The translations under genes were made by a program, and so were the position numbers. Shown piece after piece: positions 1 through 6,134 of a DNA stretch of 11,563 nt. The stretch is taken from assembly GCA_031366795.1 (NCBI GenBank), contig JANLOX010000289.1, forward strand, positions 1-11,563. The letters are read 5' to 3'. The DNA comes from Candidatus Eiseniibacteriota bacterium (lineage in GTDB: Bacteria; Eisenbacteria; RBG-16-71-46). Numbering within the stretch: position 1 is the stretch's first letter; each line of letters starts with the position of its first letter. Below the pieces are notes generated by a model that saw only the letters and a program-made list of their open reading frames with translations, searched no databases and was not told the origin of the DNA.

Positions 1-353
1 TCATGACCGCGAATGGCATGTCCGACGCGCAGATCGTCCAGATTCGCGGCCTCGCCGATCGCGACCTGCGCACACCGAACGATCCGCTGTCGGCTGGCAA
101 CCGGCGCATCAGCATCATGGTGATGATGAACGAACGCTCGAGAGGTATCGGCGCCAGCGCGTCGGGGACGGCCGATTCGCTCGATGCCGCCGAGGTCGCG
201 GCTGCCGGATCGGGCGCGGCGGCAGCGCCCGCGACGATACCTGCACGGAGTACGACCGCAGCCTCGACGACGCCCGCTGCCATATCGCCCGTTGCGCCCT
301 CGTCCGCCACACCCGCGCCCGAGCCGAGCGCCAGCACGGAGCACGCGCCATGA
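1..353 (+). CDS. motB: Flagellar stator protein MotB, C-terminal part (5'-truncated by the window): end of OmpA-like peptidoglycan-binding domain plus Ala/Ser/Thr/Pro-rich tail
   Basis: Frame 3 reads IVQIRGLADRDLRTPNDPLSAGNRRISIMV, matching the MotB-type 'GxADxxxxxPxDPxxxxNRRIxI' end of the OmpA-like domain. Located beside a flagellar cluster. Stop TGA at 351-353. Confidence 0.8.
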   Translation, partial: MTANGMSDAQIVQIRGLADRDLRTPNDPLSAGNRRISIMVMMNERSRGIGASASGTADSLDAAEVAAAGSGAAAAPATIPARSTTAASTTPAAISPVAPSSATPAPEPSASTEHAP

Positions 354-1549
354 CCGAGCCGCTGCGCATCACACTAGTCACGCGTGACAGCGGCCTTGCG
401 GCGGTGCTTGCGCCCATCGTCGCGCTCGAGCAGGACGTGGAGCTCTACGTAGAAACCAAGGAACTCGAAACGCTGGCCTGGTTGGCCAACGCCACGCCGC
501 ACGTGATCATCGTCGTGGATCACGAGGGCAGCGGCAGCCCGCTGGAGACCGTTGCGCGCTTGCGCGCGCTGCCCCGTTTCGCGAACACGCGATTCGCCCT
601 GCTCCGGCCGCCGCTGGGACGCAACGACGGCGTTGTCGAACTCAATCACGGGGTCCAGGACTTCCTCACGTTGCCCATCGTGCCGGCGGAATTCACCTCG
701 CGCCTGCGCGGCTTCGCGGACCACCATCGGATGTTCGAGACCTTGCAGATCGAGCGCTCGCGTGTCGACCACATGCACACGGCGTTCCGCACCGGCTTCG
801 ACCAGATCATCCAGTTGATGATCCGGCTGATGGACCTTCAATTCCCCGGCGCCGAGGCGCGCGGCGCCAGTGTCGCGGCGCTGTCGTTGCGTCTCGCGGC
901 GCGCTTCCAGATTCCCGAGCGGCTGCTCCACGATCTCGATCTTGCAGCGCGGCTCCACGAAGTGGGGCGCATGGTGGTTGCCTCCGGCGATGAAGACGAT
1001 GGCGACGCGCCCCGCGGGCCGCGCAACGCGGAGCACCCGGGGACCGCGGTGCTCGCGTCACACGCGTTGCTGCAGGACGTCGATGGATTGGACGGCGTGA
1101 CGGAAGTGATCGGCGCCATCAATGAAAATTGGGATGGGACGGGTGTACCCGACCACAGCCGCCAGGGCCAGATCCCGTTGCGCAGCCGGATCCTGCGGGT
1201 GGCGATCGACTACCTCTCGGCCCTCGGGGAGCGCCCCGCCGCGATGGAAGTCGCGCTCGACCAACTCGAGACGCACAGCGGAACCCGCTACGACCCAGTC
1301 GTCGTGACGCACTTGCGCGCGATCCTGGGCGAGGACGAGGGGCCGCTGCTGGCCGCCGCGAATCAGCACGTCGGCATCGAGAAGCTGGCCGTCGGCATGG
1401 TGCTCGCGGAAGATCTCTACACCGATAGCGGGCTCAAGCTGCTGTCGCGCGGGGCCGAGATCTCGCCCGCGGCGCTGGAGACAATTCGCCGCCGGCACCG
1501 CATGGAGCCCATCCTTCGGGGCGCGGTCGTGGAGCGCGAAGCGGCGTAA
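350..1549 (+). CDS. Atypical receiver (REC) + degenerate HD-GYP domain protein with C-terminal 'LxxGMVLAxD' accessory domain, 399 aa
   Basis: N-terminal REC-like pattern (ITLVTRD...VIIVVD57...GVQDFLTLP). HD-GYP scaffold ARLHEVGR...INENWDGTGVPD...IPLRSRILRVA...SGTRYDPVVV. C-terminal LAVGMVLAEDLYTDSGLKLLSRG motif. ATG overlaps the motB stop (ATGA, 350-353). Confidence 0.85.
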   Translation: MTEPLRITLVTRDSGLAAVLAPIVALEQDVELYVETKELETLAWLANATPHVIIVVDHEGSGSPLETVARLRALPRFANTRFALLRPPLGRNDGVVELNHGVQDFLTLPIVPAEFTSRLRGFADHHRMFETLQIERSRVDHMHTAFRTGFDQIIQLMIRLMDLQFPGAEARGASVAALSLRLAARFQIPERLLHDLDLAARLHEVGRMVVASGDEDDGDAPRGPRNAEHPGTAVLASHALLQDVDGLDGVTEVIGAINENWDGTGVPDHSRQGQIPLRSRILRVAIDYLSALGERPAAMEVALDQLETHSGTRYDPVVVTHLRAILGEDEGPLLAAANQHVGIEKLAVGMVLAEDLYTDSGLKLLSRGAEISPAALETIRRRHRMEPILRGAVVEREAA

Positions 1550-1550
1550 G

Positions 1551-1576
1551 GTGTGGCGTTGGAGTCGTCGCCGCAC
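1551..1576 (+). terminator. Stem-loop immediately after the REC-HD-GYP stop; possible terminator or 3' stabilising hairpin
   Basis: GTGTGGCG (1551-1558) pairs with CGCCGCAC (1569-1576): 8 bp including one G-U, 10 nt loop. There is no U-tract, so it is not a canonical intrinsic terminator. Confidence 0.3.
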
Positions 1577-1637
1577 ATTACGGTGAGGGACCAACTCTCT
1601 GAGTCGGCGCGGGATAGCCTGCGGATGGTCCTACTAC

Positions 1638-1653
1638 TCGCCGAATTCGGCGA
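1638..1653. repeat. Perfect 16 bp palindrome TCGCCGAATTCGGCGA
   Basis: Read directly; the sequence equals its own reverse complement. It lies in the convergent intergenic gap. Function unknown. Confidence 0.6.
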
Positions 1654-1662
1654 ATTTGTACA

Positions 1663-1920
1663 TCATGGCATCGCCCTCTCAATTTTGTAAGCCGACGTCG
1701 ACCGCAACGCGGTCATGCACATGGGGTCACCTGAAGATGCTTTACCGGTAATCTTCGCCTGAGGACCGCAACAGTGCGGGTTGGTGGCCCGGTGGGCTAT
1801 GGAACTGGGTCGCGGGTCGCGTCGCATCCTCGGATCGTCGGACACTTCAGGGGAGATGAGCTTTGCGACGTTTTGGTTGAGTTGGCGCACGCGCGAACCC
1901 AGGGGAGTTCGGATTCGCAC
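1663..1920 (-). other. Small ORF (85 aa) with FlgL/flagellin-like N-terminal motifs; possible flgL remnant or small protein
   Basis: GTG start 7 nt after a TAAGG SD-like motif. Translation begins MRIRTPLGSRVRQLNQNVAKLISPEVSDDP. Same strand as flgK and 175 nt downstream of it. The rest of the ORF has no recognisable similarity. Confidence 0.2.
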
Positions 1921-2095
1921 GAGAAGGCCTTAATGTGGTGTGCTGAGGAATCGTCCCTCGTGCCAGGGCGCATCCCGGCCAGCAACCAGTTACCGCCGCC
2001 GCGGCGACGATGAACTTGGGCCCACGACGAGTTGGCGCGTCGCGGTCCGCGGGTCTTCAAGCTGTCCTGCAGGAGTTGCGTCTCGAGCCGGCAAA

Positions 2096-3457
2096 CTAGA
2101 TCATATTCAGCAGTTCCTGCGACATCTGGCTGGCGATGTTGACGAGTCGCGCCGCGGCGCCGTAGGCCTGCTGCTGGCTGATCAAGTTGACCATCTCCTC
2201 GTCCACCGACACACCGCTCACTTGCTGGCGCTGCGCGTCGTCGTTGTTGACGAGGGTGTCCTGGATGGTCGCCTGCTGCTGCGCGTCGCTGACGGCGGCG
2301 CCCACGCCGCTCGAGAAGCCGACGTAGTAGTCGCGCAGGCTGAGGTTGCCGAGGGCGAGCAAGGGGACGTGCACGAGGTCGCCGATGCGCATGGCGTTGC
2401 CCCCGTCACCACCGCCCGGAGTATCGCCTGCGGCGATCGAGTCGTTGGATGCCTTGATGTCGTCCGACAGCGTGATGGTCCCGGCGGTGACGCTGCTGGG
2501 GTCGAAGAAGTTGATGTTCGTGGCGCCGGCCAGCGTGTAGCCGACTTTGTGGATGTTGTTCACCTGCTCGACCACGTTCTTGGCCAGCTTGTCGAGTTGA
2601 GCGCGGTAGCCTGGCAGTTTGGTGGCGGTCAGGTCGATCAACGCCTTCATGCTGCCGCTGCCCGGATCGATCCGGCCGTTGTTGCCGGCGAAGCCGACGC
2701 CGGGCCCGAGCGTGTTGGACAGTCGCACGGTCAGGTCGAACGAGCTGCCCGCACTGACCAACGGCGAGCCGCCGGTCTGGACGTCCACGGTGCCATTGCC
2801 GTTATGGACCACGTTGACCGACATCAGGCCCGACAACTGGTCGAGCGCGATGTCGCGCTGGTCCTCGAGCGCGGGTGACCCGCCGCTTCCCGCAGCGAGG
2901 ATCTGCACATTCAAGTCGGCGACCTGCTTGGACAGTTTGTTCACCTCGTCCGTCTGCTGGCGCAGGCGGCCGACGCCGTCGGAAATCAATTGCGTGATGT
3001 TCGTGTCCGCCTGGTGGAACCGGTCGGTGAGACGGTTCGCGGCCTGGCTCACCAGCATGCGTGATGTGTTGCTCGTGGGATCGTTGGCGAGCTCGCCAAA
3101 GGCTGTGAACAGGCCGTCGATCGAGGCGCCGAGTCCAGTGGTGCCCGGCTCGCCGAGGCCTGCTTCGAGCTGGCCCAGGATGTCGCCGCTTGTCGAGGCG
3201 TGGTTGAGCAGGCTCGAGTCGCGACGGTAGGCGGCATCAAAGAAGGTGTCGCGCGCACGGCTGATCGTGTTCGCTTCCACGCCGCGACCCATCGATCCGC
3301 TGGGCGACCAGCCCGGCGTCGCTTCGGTCAGTTCGAGGCGCTGGCGGCTGTAGCCGGGCGTCTGGGCGTTGGCGATATTGTTGCCGGTCACCGTCATGGC
3401 GCGCTGGTGCACCATTAGTGCGGAGCGGGCGATGCCGAGCAGGCTCGTGAGTGACAT
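2096..3457 (-). CDS. flgK: Flagellar hook-associated protein 1 FlgK, 453 aa
   Basis: N-terminus MSLTSLLGIARSAL...VTGNNIANAQTPGYSRQR; internal LEDQRDIALDQLS; C-terminus VSGVSVDEEMVNLISQQQAYGAAARLV. Start placed at ATG 3457, 1 nt past the flgN stop, rather than at the ORF-track start 3634. Confidence 0.96.
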   Translation of the reverse strand: MSLTSLLGIARSALMVHQRAMTVTGNNIANAQTPGYSRQRLELTEATPGWSPSGSMGRGVEANTISRARDTFFDAAYRRDSSLLNHASTSGDILGQLEAGLGEPGTTGLGASIDGLFTAFGELANDPTSNTSRMLVSQAANRLTDRFHQADTNITQLISDGVGRLRQQTDEVNKLSKQVADLNVQILAAGSGGSPALEDQRDIALDQLSGLMSVNVVHNGNGTVDVQTGGSPLVSAGSSFDLTVRLSNTLGPGVGFAGNNGRIDPGSGSMKALIDLTATKLPGYRAQLDKLAKNVVEQVNNIHKVGYTLAGATNINFFDPSSVTAGTITLSDDIKASNDSIAAGDTPGGGDGGNAMRIGDLVHVPLLALGNLSLRDYYVGFSSGVGAAVSDAQQQATIQDTLVNNDDAQRQQVSGVSVDEEMVNLISQQQAYGAAARLVNIASQMSQELLNMI

Positions 3458-3458
3458 G

Positions 3459-4013
3459 TCAGGCCGTCCTGTCGAGAATCCGCCCCGCCGGGGACGGTGG
3501 TGTGGTGGGTATCGCGTCCCCGTAGCTCGGCGGTTGTGGCGCCGTCCCGGAGAACAGGTTCTGCAAGAACGCTTCGCCGGCGTCGACGGCGCGGCGTAGT
3601 ACGACACGGTTGATGTCGGCCTCGCGTGAGACATCCATCGCCGCGCGGCGCAGGCTCAGTCGCGCGCTTTCGAGCGCGATGGGCAGGGTGTGGCCGAGTT
3701 GCGCCTCGAGATGATCGAGCGGTACGGCGGCATCCCCGGTGAGTGCTGCGACGATTTCGCCGCGGCGTTGCCTGGTTTCCTCGAGCGACAACAGTAGGCG
3801 GCTGGTGCCGTCGGAGCTGCGGTCGACCGCGGCGGTGTCACCCGCCGCGACGGCGGCGCGTTGACGCAGGAGTTCTTCACGTAACTGGAGGGCGAACTCC
3901 GCCTCGCGCAGCAGTGTGGCGCGCAGGGCGTCGAGGCGCTGTGCGGTGTCGGTGGGGACGGGCTTCGCCGTCGCGGGTTGCTCCTGCACGATTGAGAGTC
4001 GCGGCGCATTCAT
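3459..4013 (-). CDS. flgN: Flagellar export chaperone FlgN family protein, 184 aa
   Basis: Helical pattern LREELLRQRAAVAAGD...LEETRQRR...INRVVLRRAV...FLQNLF...SYG...GRILDRTA is typical of FlgN. Lies directly upstream of flgK, with an ATGA overlap with flgJ. Confidence 0.8.
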   Translation of the reverse strand: MNAPRLSIVQEQPATAKPVPTDTAQRLDALRATLLREAEFALQLREELLRQRAAVAAGDTAAVDRSSDGTSRLLLSLEETRQRRGEIVAALTGDAAVPLDHLEAQLGHTLPIALESARLSLRRAAMDVSREADINRVVLRRAVDAGEAFLQNLFSGTAPQPPSYGDAIPTTPPSPAGRILDRTA

Positions 4014-4420
4014 TTCGTGGGTCCTTCGGGCGTTTCGGGCAGGCGACGAGCCAGCTGACGGTAGAGGTTCTCGCCGAGCCCACGTTGTAGGTGGTCGGAG
4101 GCCTGGCTCGCGAGCTTCTCGTCCATGATCTGCGTGAACATGTCGGCGCCCGGGGCGTTGGCCAGCACCGGGTCCTTGGGCACGCTCGCCCGCATCGCCT
4201 GGAACAATTGGTTCACGAACACGGCCTCCAGCTGGTGCGATAGCTTACGCACGGCTTCGCGGCTGTCACGCGGTACGGGCTGCCGCATGGCGGGCTGCTT
4301 GAGCGCGGGCGTCAGCGCAGTGCGATCCATCGCCGGCTTGAGCGTCACGCCGGGCGTCGCGCGTGCGAGTGCCAGCGCATTCAGCGCGGGCGCCAGCTTC
4401 GTCAGGGATACGTTGCTCAT
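4010..4420 (-). CDS. flgJ: Rod-capping protein FlgJ, single domain (Rod-binding only, no muramidase domain), 136 aa
   Basis: VRKLSHQLEAVFVNQLFQAMRASVP...DMFTQIMDEKLASQAS...GLGENLYRQL matches the FlgJ rod-binding motif. Follows flgI with an ATGA overlap. Confidence 0.88.
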   Translation of the reverse strand: MSNVSLTKLAPALNALALARATPGVTLKPAMDRTALTPALKQPAMRQPVPRDSREAVRKLSHQLEAVFVNQLFQAMRASVPKDPVLANAPGADMFTQIMDEKLASQASDHLQRGLGENLYRQLARRLPETPEGPTK

Positions 4421-5481
4421 CGCACCACCACGTCGGCATGCAGGGCGCCCGTGGAGCGCAACGCTTCGAAGATCGTGGCCATCTCGGCGGGTTCGGCGCC
4501 GGCGGCATGCAGCGCCGCGGCGACGTCCTCGACGGATGAGCCACCGCTGACGCTCAGGTACTTGGGATCGCCACCGCTCGGGGCGGGTTTGCCGCCGACC
4601 TGCAGCGTGATGCCGTGATGGCTGACCACGCCGGGCCCAATCTTGATGTCGCCGCCTGCCGCGAGTGTGCCTTCGCGCGCGCTGATGACGATGCGCGCGG
4701 CTTCGGCGGAATTGACCTCGAGCGTATCGACGGCCGCGAGGAAGCCGAGCACCCCGCCCGAACGCTTGGCGGGAGGAATCAGCGTCAACGAACCGGGGTC
4801 CTCGACACGCGCGGCGCTGTCGCCAAAGGCGGCATTGATCGCGGCGGCGATGCGAGTCGCCGTGCGCAGGTCGGGCTGGCGCAGTTGCAGCCGCGCCTCG
4901 GGCGCAGGTGCGGCATCGCCATCGACTTCGACCACGCCGCCATCCGGGATGCGCCCCGTGTTGTTGATGCGATAGCTGCGGTAGCCGTCGCCGTCGTCAC
5001 GCGCCACGGCGAGTGCGCCCTGGGCGCTGGCCAGTGCGGGTTCGCCTGGTGTCGCAACGAGCGGCGTCATCCACAGCACTCCGCCACGCAGCGAAGTCGC
5101 GTCGCCGAGTGCCGAGACCTGCACATCGAAGCGTCCCCCGGAGCGCAGGTAAGGCGAGACTTCGGCCGTGACGAGTACGGCCGCCACGTCACGCGGACGC
5201 AATTGGTTGGTCGGCACTTCGACTTCGAAGCGGCGCAGCACGTTGAGCACCGAGCGCACGGTGGCGCCGTTGTTGCCGCCTCCGCCGAAGCTGCGGTCGC
5301 CCGTGCCATCGAGACCCACGACGAGACCGTAGCCGAGCAGTCGCCGCGGCACGTTGCCGGGATGCACGGTGACATCGGAGATGCGCTGCTGCGCGAGCGC
5401 GGGCCCGGCGATAAGCGCCATCGCAAGGGGCAACGCGAGCGTCAGGGGATTGCGCAAGCGGTTCACGAGTGTTGAGATCAT
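4417..5481 (-). CDS. flgI: Flagellar P-ring protein FlgI, 354 aa
   Basis: Signal peptide (ALA/QQ); LLGYGLVVGLDGTGD; VAAVLVTAE; FDVQVSALGDATSLRGGVLWMTPL; C-terminal ALRSTGALHADV. ATG 5481 overlaps the flgH stop. Confidence 0.96.
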   Translation of the reverse strand: MISTLVNRLRNPLTLALPLAMALIAGPALAQQRISDVTVHPGNVPRRLLGYGLVVGLDGTGDRSFGGGGNNGATVRSVLNVLRRFEVEVPTNQLRPRDVAAVLVTAEVSPYLRSGGRFDVQVSALGDATSLRGGVLWMTPLVATPGEPALASAQGALAVARDDGDGYRSYRINNTGRIPDGGVVEVDGDAAPAPEARLQLRQPDLRTATRIAAAINAAFGDSAARVEDPGSLTLIPPAKRSGGVLGFLAAVDTLEVNSAEAARIVISAREGTLAAGGDIKIGPGVVSHHGITLQVGGKPAPSGGDPKYLSVSGGSSVEDVAAALHAAGAEPAEMATIFEALRSTGALHADVVVR

Positions 5482-6134
5482 GGCCACACCATCCCGAACA
5501 GCTTGCCGACGAAGCTGCCATTAGGCGCGATTTTCTTGCCCTTGTAGGTGATCACGGCGTCGGCGATGCGGCTGGAGTAGATCGTGTTCCCGGGCCGCAC
5601 ATCCTGCGTGCGGATCAGGCCACGCAGCATGACGTCCTGCGTGCGGCCATCGACGGTCACCATCTTGTGTCCCTCGATGCGCGCGATGCCATCCGATTCG
5701 AGTGCCGTGACGCGCACGGTCAGCACGGCGCTCAGGCCCCCGGTGCGTTGCGCATCGCCGACGTCGCGCGAGTTCGTGCCGAAGCCGGTGTTGAAGCCGA
5801 CGTCGTAGCGGCTCGGAACGCTGGTGCCGCCCGTGTCGATATTTCCCTTGAGCGACGCCTTCATGCCGCGATCGCCGCTGCTGACCTTGGACACATGTTC
5901 GCGCGCCTCGGCCTGCTCGTCGACGGTGACGGTGACGAGATCCCCCACGCGCACCGGCAGACGGTCCGAAGTCCACGACAACCTGCCGCGTGGTGCCACA
6001 GGCGCCGGTGCAACGGCGGGCGTGGTGGTGGTGTCTTCAGCCGCGGTTTGCGCGTGCGATGTCACAGGCAGTGCCCACACTGCCAGCAACAGCCAAGCGA
6101 GAGTTCGTGCGCTGCGACCAGTGAGTCCGTTCAT
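5478..6134 (-). CDS. flgH: Flagellar L-ring protein FlgH, 218 aa
   Basis: SDR...VGDLVTVTVDE; LTVRV...DGIARIEGHK; LRGLIRTQDVRPGNTIYSSRIADAVITYKG; C-terminal WP. Located between flgA and flgI. Confidence 0.94.
   Translation of the reverse strand: MNGLTGRSARTLAWLLLAVWALPVTSHAQTAAEDTTTTPAVAPAPVAPRGRLSWTSDRLPVRVGDLVTVTVDEQAEAREHVSKVSSGDRGMKASLKGNIDTGGTSVPSRYDVGFNTGFGTNSRDVGDAQRTGGLSAVLTVRVTALESDGIARIEGHKMVTVDGRTQDVMLRGLIRTQDVRPGNTIYSSRIADAVITYKGKKIAPNGSFVGKLFGMVWP

Noticed and set aside
1620..1700. GCCGA motifs as possible sigma28 -10 boxes in the gap
   Set aside because: None has a TAAA-like -35 element at 15 nt spacing on either strand.
1727..1854. Resemblance of the outer stem ends (CTGAAGTGT...GCATCTTCAG on the minus strand) to 6S RNA termini
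   Set aside because: Only about 128 nt, and branched rather than a roughly 180 nt rod with a central bubble. No tmRNA, RNase P, SRP or tRNA signatures were seen either.
1774..2013. Plus-strand 79 aa ORF with faint GGDEF-like echoes (VGHFRGDEL similar to GHxxGDEL; WCAEES similar to WGGEEF), tempting as a decayed diguanylate cyclase next to the HD-GYP gene
   Set aside because: No DxDxFKxxND upstream, the signature itself is not GG[DE]EF, downstream spacing is far too short, and it overlaps the competing FlgL-like ORF on the other strand. An hmmsearch with PF00990 on all frames would settle it.
1797..2060. 87 aa minus-strand ORF (TTG start) just downstream of flgK
   Set aside because: No recognisable motif, composition resembles non-coding translation, and the start is weak.
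3458..3634. ORF-track N-terminal extension of flgK, and likewise of fliA (to 9882), flhG (to 10709), flgF (to 8412) and the 8498 ORF (to 9355)
   Set aside because: The extensions run deep into upstream genes or the UTR and lack homology. Internal starts match family N-termini, SD motifs and stop/start overlaps.
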